DNA from: Eledone cirrhosa
Taxonomy: Eukaryota
DNA length: 64,000 nucleotides
Assembly: GCA_964016885.1 (NCBI GenBank)
Contig: OZ024742.1
Location: forward strand, 64,852,001 to 64,916,000
Reading direction: 5' to 3'
Below are positions 54,408-64,000 of the stretch, in pieces (the stretch's first letter is position 1; every line of letters begins with the position of its first letter). The notes beneath the pieces are model-generated. The model did not search any database and was not told where the DNA came from. It was given only the letters and a program-made list of their open reading frames with translations. Made by a program: the position numbers and the translations under genes.

Positions 54408-57400
54408 AGACAGACAGATAGATAGATATATTTCTTTATTAGCCACAGGGGCACAAAAGAAGGGGACAAATACAGATAGATAGATAGATAGATATATTTC
54501 TTTATTAGCCACAGGGGCACAAAAGAAGGGGACAAATACAAAGGGGGAAGTTTACATACAATAAAAACGTGTAAAATGTTATCACAGATGGAATTTAAAA
54601 GTTAGTCGATTTTCCCCAATAGAGGGAGACAGTTTATATGGGTAACACAGACCCCCGAAAAAAATGTGCAACCCTCATCTCCAGGAGTACGAAGAGCTTG
54701 TACTCCTTTCCTCTCCTCCTCCTTTTCCTCAACCTACAGGCTGATATAGAGAGAAGGCCCATTCACTCGGGCCATTCTCGCCACTTTCACCCACCTTTCA
54801 TAAAACTTGCTGGGGTACAGCACCTCTCTCTCCATCCTGATTCTTCTTCCAAAGTGGTATTTGAAAAAAAGAATCAGTTGTTGGCCGGAGAGAAAGGTGT
54901 CTGACCTCAGCCCTTTCAACCTTGTCCACCATACAACCTCTTTCGCCATAGCTATCACACAAAGGAAAACCGCCTCTCCTTCGTTTTTGAAGGAGGGTGG
55001 CGGTTTGATCATGACAATGGACTCGGTGGTCAACTGGATTGGTCCCACCCGCGACAATAGTCGTTCTACATAGCCCCACAGGTCAGTGACGCCCGGGCAG
55101 TGTATGAATGCGTGCGCGACGGTTTCTTCGTCTCGCACGCACCTCGGACAGATCTTTTTTGCAGGGTCCCTGCCCGGGCGCCCATGTCTGTAGAGCTTGT
55201 CTCGAACTGGTAGAGCTCCTCGGTAGCACTGCCAGGCCAGGGACTTTTGGAAGTTGTCCATCGGTCCCGGGCGGAAGGTCCTACCGAACAGACTGGCCAG
55301 TTCATCTTCCTCCACGCCTAGAGTTTCACCGAGCGCGTCGTCGCACTTGCTGCGGACCAACCCTCTATAGAATGACGAAGTGGAGTCTCCACTGATCGCC
55401 GGGTCCGCCTGCCAGAGGGCTGTGAGCGCCTGAGCACATTCGATGTGCCAGTCGCCCATTTTCCTCGGTCTCTGCTTGACCCAGGACTGCAGCTCGGTCA
55501 GCGAGACGAGTCGTGGGAAGGCTCGCCTCACGAACGGGGCCCACACCGGTTGTCCGGTGAGGAATACGTAGAGATGCCGCAGCCTGAGCGCGTGTTTGCG
55601 CATCGTCAACCACGGCATCCCCAGCCCTCCGTTAGAAGGGTGTTGGCAGCAGATGGATCTTCTTACCAAAGGAGCCCGCCTCTTCCAAAGGAATCGGAAG
55701 AGGGCGCGCTCCATTTTGGCGAGCGTTTTGGCTGGACAAGGCACGACGGTCAAGCGGTAGTAGATGGCGGACGCTATAAAAGTGTTCGCCACCTCCGCTC
55801 GACCTTTCAAGGATAGTTTGCACTCGGCCCACTTCTGGGTGAGTGCAAACACCTTGGCCGTCACTTCGTTCCAGTTCTTCTCCACCTGGAGGTCCGGACC
55901 AAACCAGACCCCGAGCAGCTTTACCGGTCCTTCCGTCCAGCGTCCGACGACGCCATCGGAAGGCATCGGTCTGCCTCTCCACGATCCGAGTTGCAAACCG
56001 ATGGACTTGTCCCGGTTCAGCTTCGCTCCTGTGAGACTTTCGTATTCCTTTAGTAAGGTGCCGACTTCCTCGATTTGCGAGGCGCTCGACACCATTACTG
56101 TCACGTCGTCGGCGTAGGCCGACGCCGCTTTCCGCAGTCCCGGTTCCAGAGGGATGCCCTGCAATAGCTCCAGCTTCCGCAGTAGTGGCTCGAGAGTCAG
56201 TACGTACAGAAGGGAGGAGAGAGGGCATCCCTGTCGAATGGATCGCGTAATATGGAACGGCTCCGAGAGGTAACCGTTCACCTTGACCCTTGAGCAGATG
56301 TTGCTGTTGTGCATTGCAGCAATCCAGCCCCTGAACACGGGTCCGAAGCCTGCCGCCTCGAGCACCGCATCCAGGTAACGATGGTCAACCCTATCGAAAG
56401 CCTTAGACTGATCCAAGTTGATCAGGGCCCCACCGAAGCCGGGTTTACACCCTACCCTCTCTATGATGTATCGCATGAGGTGGAGGTTGTCGTGTATGGA
56501 CCTGGTCGGGATTGCGCATGTCTGCGCTTCTCCCACCAGGTTCTCGACGACAAGCGCCAGCCTCTTTGCCAACACCTTGGCCAAAATCTGTAACTCTGTG
56601 TTTAGCAGAGTTATGGGCCGGAAGTTGCCTATGTCATCCCCCTTATTCTCGTCCTTCCTGATTAGTGTGACCACGCCCCCGGTTACAGAACTGGGAATTC
56701 TCCCGTTCTGTTGCCAGTTGCAGTAGACCGCTTCCAGGAGACCGGAGAATAAGTCCGGCATTGCTACGTAAAATTCGTAGGGTAGACCGTCGAGACCTGG
56801 AGATTTGCGTTTGCCGCATTGGCTCAGCGCGTCCCCTATCTCAGTGGCTGAAATCGGCTTTTCGCAGAACTTCGCCTCACTGTCCGAGAGTCGCGGTAGG
56901 CCGTCGAGGTATGGACCGAAATCCATAGCCTCTCCCGGCGCGCCGCTCCCCCCGAACAGCCGAGCAAAGTGCCGCTGAAAAGCCGCACACATCTGCTTCG
57001 GCTCACGTATCACGCGTCCGTTTTGGTCCTTCAAAGACCGAATCGTGGACTTGTTGCCACTTTTTGCCTCCGTCACTCGGGCCCAGCTAACAGCTTTGGC
57101 TCCCTCGTTTCCCAGAGCACGTATTTTGCTTCTGACAACGCAGCCCTTGTGCTTTGCGTCGAAGAACTGGTCCAAGGCCGTTCTCGTTGCTAGCACGCTG
57201 GCTACGTTGCCACTTCTAATTGCCTCTTCTACTTTATCTACCAGTTCCTTCTCGGTTCTATTTCTATCTAACGCTAATTCTTTACTAAAAACTATCGAGT
57301 CTAATCTAACTGCCCTCTTGAGAGAGTACCACCATCTGTTGTTGACAATGGCCCCTGTCAAGTGCTGTTTAACTAAAGTGCTAATCCGTCTACTGTAGGC

Positions 57401-58405
57401 TTTGCTTGTCGGTAACGACAAGTTCAGCTTCCAGTAGCCGGGTCCTTGTCTATGGGTTCTATCAAGGTTGGCCATGCAGGTCACTAGTTTGTGATCTGAA
57501 TAGGCAACCATGAACATTTGTGGACAGCTTAACAGGTCCCTATCCTTATTTCTAACTAGAAACCTATCTAGGTACGATCTAGATGTTCCGCTACGATTAC
57601 TCCACGTCCACAGTGGCACAGTCGGAAAATCTAGTCGATATCTATCGGCCAGGTCAAATCGGTCGATTAACTGTTTGAGGCTGTTACACCCCCCTTTGTC
57701 GGGACATGCTCCCACATAGTCCCAACGTGCATCTAGGATTCCATTCCAGTCCCCCACTAAAAGCAAGGAGCGGGACGTTCCCAGAAAAGTCTCTAGACGT
57801 TTGAAGAAGTCTGGCCGCGGTGTCCCGGATGGGGCATATGCGGCCACCAGCCTGAAGGCTCCACCTTCACTACCGTCAACGTCTAGGACCACCAGTCGAC
57901 CCTCCGGGTCCAGATGTACCGTCTGTGTTACGAGGCCCAGGTGTTTCCGCAGCAAAACGGCAACTCCGCCCCCACCCCCCGGTTGACAGAGAGATGCGTA
58001 GATTTCAAAGTCATCGAAGATGGGGGCCAGCTGTCGCTCGCCGTGGATCCTGGACTCGCAAATGGCTACCACATCCAAACTGTGCGACCTGAGGTCGTTT
58101 AAGAGTTTGCCCTGTTTCCAGGGCATCCCCAGGCCGCGTACGTTCACACATCCAACTCTTATATTGGCCATGTTGGTGCTGAAAAGTTAAAAGAGGAAAA
58201 GAGATCACTCACCCTTCGCCTCCTGGGGACCAGGCCGCACGATTTCCATGGGGGTGTTGGAGGGGTTGTCTGGATGGGTGGTGGTTTCCGGCGGGGTGGG
58301 AACGCAGATGTTTGGTGGGGTGGGGTCTGGTGGGATGGGGGTGTCTGGGGTGGGGGAGGCATTTGAGAAGGACGCGGTTGAGTGGTTTCACGCAGGAATT
58401 CCCCA
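54408..58405 (-). mobile_element. Young Tx1/L1-clade non-LTR retrotransposon, 5'-truncated, intact ORF2
   Basis: GC-rich block, AATAAA at 3' end, both ends in (GATA)n. Confidence 0.92.
54734..58171 (-). CDS. APE endonuclease-reverse transcriptase-zinc finger ORF2 protein (1145 aa)
   Basis: NVRGL, ICESR, VGDWN, SYLDRF, SDHK; KSPGLDG, FRPITLLN, LDQSKAFDRV, RQGCPLS, YADD; CPRC...ETVAHAFIHC. Confidence 0.93.
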   Translation of the reverse strand: MANIRVGCVNVRGLGMPWKQGKLLNDLRSHSLDVVAICESRIHGERQLAPIFDDFEIYASLCQPGGGGGVAVLLRKHLGLVTQTVHLDPEGRLVVLDVDGSEGGAFRLVAAYAPSGTPRPDFFKRLETFLGTSRSLLLVGDWNGILDARWDYVGACPDKGGCNSLKQLIDRFDLADRYRLDFPTVPLWTWSNRSGTSRSYLDRFLVRNKDRDLLSCPQMFMVAYSDHKLVTCMANLDRTHRQGPGYWKLNLSLPTSKAYSRRISTLVKQHLTGAIVNNRWWYSLKRAVRLDSIVFSKELALDRNRTEKELVDKVEEAIRSGNVASVLATRTALDQFFDAKHKGCVVRSKIRALGNEGAKAVSWARVTEAKSGNKSTIRSLKDQNGRVIREPKQMCAAFQRHFARLFGGSGAPGEAMDFGPYLDGLPRLSDSEAKFCEKPISATEIGDALSQCGKRKSPGLDGLPYEFYVAMPDLFSGLLEAVYCNWQQNGRIPSSVTGGVVTLIRKDENKGDDIGNFRPITLLNTELQILAKVLAKRLALVVENLVGEAQTCAIPTRSIHDNLHLMRYIIERVGCKPGFGGALINLDQSKAFDRVDHRYLDAVLEAAGFGPVFRGWIAAMHNSNICSRVKVNGYLSEPFHITRSIRQGCPLSSLLYVLTLEPLLRKLELLQGIPLEPGLRKAASAYADDVTVMVSSASQIEEVGTLLKEYESLTGAKLNRDKSIGLQLGSWRGRPMPSDGVVGRWTEGPVKLLGVWFGPDLQVEKNWNEVTAKVFALTQKWAECKLSLKGRAEVANTFIASAIYYRLTVVPCPAKTLAKMERALFRFLWKRRAPLVRRSICCQHPSNGGLGMPWLTMRKHALRLRHLYVFLTGQPVWAPFVRRAFPRLVSLTELQSWVKQRPRKMGDWHIECAQALTALWQADPAISGDSTSSFYRGLVRSKCDDALGETLGVEEDELASLFGRTFRPGPMDNFQKSLAWQCYRGALPVRDKLYRHGRPGRDPAKKICPRCVRDEETVAHAFIHCPGVTDLWGYVERLLSRVGPIQLTTESIVMIKPPPSFKNEGEAVFLCVIAMAKEVVWWTRLKGLRSDTFLSGQQLILFFKYHFGRRIRMEREVLYPSKFYERWVKVARMARVNGPSLYISL

Positions 58406-58617
58406 CAAATATAAATAGATAGATAGATAGATAGATAACTACTGTTTGAATACATCTTGTCAACATTGTTGTGAGAGAGACAGAGAGGAAGAAAGATATA
58501 AAATTACCATTTTGCAGACAAATATAGCAAGAAGTGGTTGTTACTTGACACTTGTATTTTATTATTATGACACACACACACACATATTTAATTATTTTTC
58601 TGTTTTAAATTACCAAG

Positions 58618-58686
58618 ATGCTGAATACATATATCAAATTACCGATGTTGAAAATAACAGCTTCTATTCAACATATTATAGACAAG
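58618..58686 (+). CDS. Candidate second coding exon of CABIT gene (69 nt, phase 1-1)
   Basis: Pyrimidine tract + AG, donor AAG|GTAAGC, continues the frame of the previous exon as DAEYIYQITDVENNSFYSTYYRQ. Confidence 0.55.
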
Positions 58687-59764
58687 GTAAGCAATTGCAC
58701 CAGGCACAGTGCAGTTGCATCTATTTAATACTGTGTTGCACCCATCATACACATGCACACACATGTACTTGTTGCACTTAGTAACAAACAGTAATCATTG
58801 ACAGATTTGCTTCATCCCTTATGCACACAATACAGCTGAGCTTATCGCCTGCACCTTAGCTTGATTTAGATTTTTCCACAATCCATAGCAGTATAGGTCA
58901 AATGTCAATATCTGAAACAGCTGCACTTGTATCTGCATCCACTTCTGTACATCAAGTGTAATGTCATGTCTGCATTATAGATAGTGCATGCACAGCTTAT
59001 GATTAAATTGAAGTTGTGATTGCTGATGCAAGTGTTGCTGACACAGCATAACTTGCTCTCCAATAAATGATGTATAGATGCAGGATTGGTTGAGAAAAGC
59101 TGTGATTAAAAATATTCTAGCTATGACTATCTTGTCTTTTTGTACATCTAAGATTATATTGTTCAATGTGTCTTTCTATTTTTCAGATGGTAGGGTGTGA
59201 TTTAGAGGAGGGAGGGGGTAAATTTAGCTTCTATTTCTAGTAGATCAAGTGACCACACAGTGTCTCCTTCTAATTGTTATCTAAGCTGGTATTTAGATTC
59301 TTTAAGCTGTTAGAGTTTCTTAAGTGGTTGTTGTGGCTACAGTGTTGAACATCCTCAGTGTTATTAGGACCTTAATTTATTTAAATGTGATGTGAGTTTA
59401 CAGTGTGTGTGTGTGGCTAAAACACTGAACATCAGTTTTATCACTATGATAATCTTTTGATACCAAACTGCCTGAAATTGCCCCAGACTCTAGGATACTA
59501 AAAACTGTTCATTTTAAAGTGTTGATATTTGTCATAATATAACATTCTGTCATAATTTTGTGTAAGAAACTTTGTAAAGTTATGTTCCAAACACCAACTT
59601 AATAATGAGAAAGTTTGTTATATTACTAAATCTATCCACATTCTTGATTATCTACAAAATTAATTGAAACCTATATGCAGTGTATTTCATTAGAAATATG
59701 GTAACAAAGAGGCTGATCATCTAAAATGAAGTGAATTTGGGGTACTATTAATGAGCTTAGTATG

Positions 59765-60197
59765 AAACCTCTGGCAACTGACTTGGTAAAAACCCACAAA
59801 ATTATTAACCATCTTGTCAACAACAACCCTGAGAACCTTTTTGATTTCCATCTGTCTAACACACGTGGGCATGCACACAAAGTCAGAAAACAGCACAGCT
59901 CCCATGACTTTCGGAAACATTTTTTCGTGCTCAGAGTTGCTGAAGCATGGAACAAACTCCTGGCATCAGTTGTTAGCTGTCGAGACACTGCATCCTTTAA
60001 AACCTCCATGCTTCCTGAGATTCGCCAAAACTACACCTGTTATCCTCCCTCCATACACACGCACACATGTATATCATGACTCATACACTGTTCATTTTCC
60101 TGACATTTGTACATTATTCTATGTACTATACATGTACCTTCGATGAGTTGTAGTGCACCTGAGCACTGTACACAATAATTTCATTATTATTATTATA
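59765..60197 (+). mobile_element. CR1-like LINE 3' fragment
   Basis: NTRGHAHKVRK, FFVLRVAEAWNKL; (ATT)n tail. Confidence 0.85.
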
Positions 60198-60199
60198 AT

Positions 60200-62968
60200 A
60201 TCAATCATCCATACTTTTCTCTGGCTACAACATTGAATTACTGGATACTGTCATGCACCTCCCAAAAATAGACTCATAGTCAGCGACCTCATAGTCAGGA
60301 CAAGATGTACTCGACAACAGAGGAGGACTATCCTCAGGAGAAAAATATGGAAGCTAAAGGACCCCACAACCAGTAATAAATTTAAAAGCATATTACTTGA
60401 TACGTTCGACAGTAAGGAAGAGCAATTAGAGTCGTACAATATAGAGGAACAGTGGAATTCCTGAAAGCTAATCTGCTGATGGCGGCAGATGAAGTCTGTG
60501 GCTGGAGCAGGCCCATAGGCAGGAGGAGAGTAACGTGGTGGTGGAACAGTAAGGTGGAGGAGTCAATTAAGGCCAAAAAGCAGGTTTGGAAAGTATGGCG
60601 GGATGGGGGAAGTAGAGAAGACTATCAAGTGGCCAGGAGGGAAGCTAGGAGACAAGTGTACTTCGCAAGAAGGGAAGCAGAGGAAAGAAAGTTCAAGGAT
60701 GTTCTACAACGCGAGGACCAAAAACGTGAGGTGTTCAGGATTGCTAGGCAATGTGTCAAGGAAAACCGTGATATTGTCAGGGAGAAGTGTGTCCTTAATG
60801 TGATGGTGTACTTGCCATCACTGACACTGATAAGAAGGTAGCTTGAAAGTGTCACTACGAAAGGCTACTAAATGAGGAGAATAAATGGGAGAAAGACAGT
60901 CTCCCCCACATCGATCCAATAGAGGGACCAGCAGTGCTAGTTGAAGGTAGTATAATAAGTAAGGCAATCAAAGATATGAAGACGGGTAAGGCGGCTGGGC
61001 CTTCGGAAATAGTTGCTGAAATGCTGAAAGCATCTGGAACGGTGGGACACACTATGGTCACCCGGATAGTAAACCAAGTCATACAGAATGGGGCCGTTCC
61101 GAAGGACTGGCGTAGCGGCATCATCATTAACTGCTACAAGGGTAAAGGAGATGCCCTAGATAGGGGTAACTATAGAGGCATTAAATTAATTGGCCAGGTC
61201 ATGAAGGTCACAGAAAAAGTTATAGCGCAACTAATCAGAGAACGAATTGATCTAGATGAAATGCAGTTCGGGTTTGTGTCAGGTAAAAGTACCACAGACA
61301 CTCTTTTCATTGTACGACAACTACAGAAGTACCTAGCAAAAAGTAAACCCCTATACTTAGCTTTTGTTGACTTGGAGAAAGCCTTTGACAGAGTCCCCTG
61401 CTCCATTATCTGGTGGGCTCTTAGAAAACTAGGTGTTGATGAATGGCTTGTGAGAGCTATACAAGCCATGTATAAAGAAACAGTCAGCAAGGTTAGAATT
61501 AACAACGAATATAGTGAAGAGTTTAGCGTAAAAGTTGGTGTTCATCAGGGCTCTGTTCTTAGCCCCCTCTTATTTATTATTGCCCTTCAGGCTATAACAG
61601 AGGAGTTCAAGACCGGCTGCCAATGTGAACTCCTATATGCAGATGATCTAACGCTGATAGCTGAATCAATGGCTGAACTAGAGAATAAATTCCAAACATG
61701 GAAGCATGGCCTAGAATCAAAAGGCCTTAAAGTTAACTTGTCTAAGACTAAAGTTCTAGTTTGTAGGAAGGAAAATAGGGCACTGGTCCCATCTGGGAAA
61801 TGGCCATGCTCAGTGTGTAGGAAAGGAGTAGGCAGAAACTATGTCCCAAATGCAAAGTAAGGGTGCATAAAAGATGTAGTGGGATCACAGGTAAGCTAAC
61901 TAAGAATATAGATTTTATATGTGGCCGGTGCTCTGGTGCAATAAGTAGCAGCAAGTGCCCACAGAATACTAGCTTATTCGATTGCACAGATGGTTCTATA
62001 GAAATAGTGGACACCTTCCGTTACCTGGGTGACAAAATCAGCAGTGGGGGAGGCTGCTCTGAAAATACAGTAGCTAGAGTCAGAACGGGATGGAAAAAAT
62101 TCAGAGAGCTTATACCTCTATTGGCCGCCAAAGGGTTCTCTCTAAAAATGAAAGGCAGGCTGTATGATGCCTGCATACGAACAGCAATGTTACATGGCAG
62201 TGAGACCTGGGCATTGTGTGCAGAGGATATACGCAGACTGGAGAGGAACGAAGCTTGCATGCTCCACTGGATGTGTAATAGTAATATACGTGAACGCCAA
62301 AGAATAAACGAACTAAGGGAGAAATTAGGAATAAGAGGGAACAGATGTTGTTTACTCGAAAGAAGACTACGTTGGTATGGTCACGTGATGCGCATGAAAG
62401 ACGACAGCTGTATAAAAAAAGTGCAGGGCGATAAAAATAGCCGGTAGCCACGGAGTAGGCAGACCCAGAAAAATCTGGGATGACTTGATAAATTCCGACC
62501 TCACACACTTACACCTCTCCAAGACAATGTCACTGGACCGAGATCTTTGGCGCTACACAGTAATACAGAAGACCCGCCTTGCCTAAGTACAAAGTGAAAC
62601 CTACCGTCAGTAGGCACCTCTAACAAAAATACACCCCTGTCCCACTACCCCACCCCATCCACACCACCCCCTTCAATGTGAAGTTATGTTGGTACCACAA
62701 CATCCAGTCCGAAACAAATGAGGTTGTGTAGGTGTCACGACAAAAAAACACACAGTCCACGCTGTAATGTGGCCGTGTAGGTAACATGGTAAAAACCTCT
62801 CAGTCCACACTGTAAACATGGTTGGTGTTAGGAAGGGCATCCAGCCGTAGAAAACCCGCCAGACAGTCCTATACGAGCAGGACAACCAATCTTGCCTCAA
62901 GTGGGAAAACTCCCGTCCAAACCCATGCAAGCGTAGAAGATGGACGTTAAACGATGATGATGATGATG
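60200..62968 (+). mobile_element. RTE-clade LINE, 5'-truncated, frameshifted, with PHD-like finger
   Basis: TWWWN, GKAAGPS, NYRGIKL, FVDLEKAFDRV, GVHQGSVLSP, LLYADD, FRYLG, RRLRWYGHVMR; (GAT)n tail. Confidence 0.9.
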
Positions 62969-64000
62969 TCAGCGTGTGACAGTATCCGATGAGGTATCAG
63001 TAGTTACCACATTTAACTTAAAGATTCTGTTAATCTGTGGTAAGCTGGGTCTTTTAAGGATGTATGAACCAATAGCTTGGGTTTAACCAAGACTGATGTA
63101 AAATACACTAACCCAAGCTGCTAGGCAGTGTGATTGAAGCTGTTTGTGCCCTTATTGTTGTAAATCAAACTTTTTAACCACTTGGCCATGTTCGCTGTTG
63201 TTACACACACTTCAGCAGCCCTTGTATATCACCCACAGACTAGTAATATAGAACTCGGGTACAGATAATCAAATAACCAGGCTTAGTAGAGAATACTATG
63301 AGACTCTTGTCTGGAGCTGAGTATTGGAGTGCAATTCTCTAGCCCCACAGGAAGTGTGGAGTGAAACTAGGTAGACTTGTCTGTTGGACAGGGATGTAGT
63401 ACATTGAACTAAACCACACTGTGGTGCCTTCTTACAACTAGGTGGATTAGGCTGTTGATAATTAAGTATCTTGGTCATGGAAACTGTACAAGTGAGCTCT
63501 ATTACATAGTGGTGCCTTCTTACAGCTAGGTGGACTGGGCTGTTGACAGTTAAATGTCTTGGTTATATACACAGTTCAGTATTATTGATATGATATTAAC
63601 ATCTAATTAACTCGTGCATGCTCTCATGTGCTAACCATTAAACTAAATGTCACTGTTGTGGCTATGATGTTGAACTGATCAGTGTTATTAATACATACTG
63701 ATTGCTGTGCAGCCATGATCTATTTTGTGTGTTGTAGCAGAGGATGATTATGTTTTGTGTGTGTCTAGAAGAGGGGTCTGTGACTTGAATTCAAACATAA
63801 TGAACCAGAAAAAATACCATGAAGCCTTTTGTTTGATGCTCTACCAATTCTATGAATCGACTACCCTAACCTCACTTAATTTATGACAGCATTATATATT
63901 CCAACATATGAAAGTTAACTGTATTTCTATAATGTAATAGTTGAGATATGTGTTTTTTCTCTTGTGTCCAGTGTTTGTTTCTGTACACCTCTGACCTGAT

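Noticed and set aside
54798-58102. Many short ORFs overlapping the Tx1 ORF2
   Set aside because: Shadow frames of a GC-rich coding sequence

Overview
AT-rich, repeat-dominated animal genomic DNA. It is probably a cephalopod (octopus-like), inferred from the SINE/RTE families and the long (TA)n/(TATG)n tracts. Most ORF-track calls are microsatellite artefacts. One host gene is supported on +: a CABIT-domain (THEMIS/GAREM-like) exon at 51609-52515 and an in-phase 69-nt exon at 58618-58686. An apparently intact Tx1/L1-clade ORF2 (1145 aa) lies antisense in the intron between them. The rest is a patchwork of R4/Dong-like, RTE, CR1, CRE and Tx1 LINE relics, two tRNA-derived SINE families, an internally deleted Helitron, piggyBac- and Tigger-like MITEs and a hAT relic. 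The least explained signal is a dispersed set of minimal type I hammerhead ribozyme motifs (CTGANGA...GAAA with palindromic stem III). Several sit in long head-to-head palindromes typical of Penelope-like element ends. One sits in a 467-nt, hairpin-rich, partially tandem non-coding unit (36931-37620) that looks like a retrozyme. All structures were paired by eye, and boundaries of decayed repeats are approximate.
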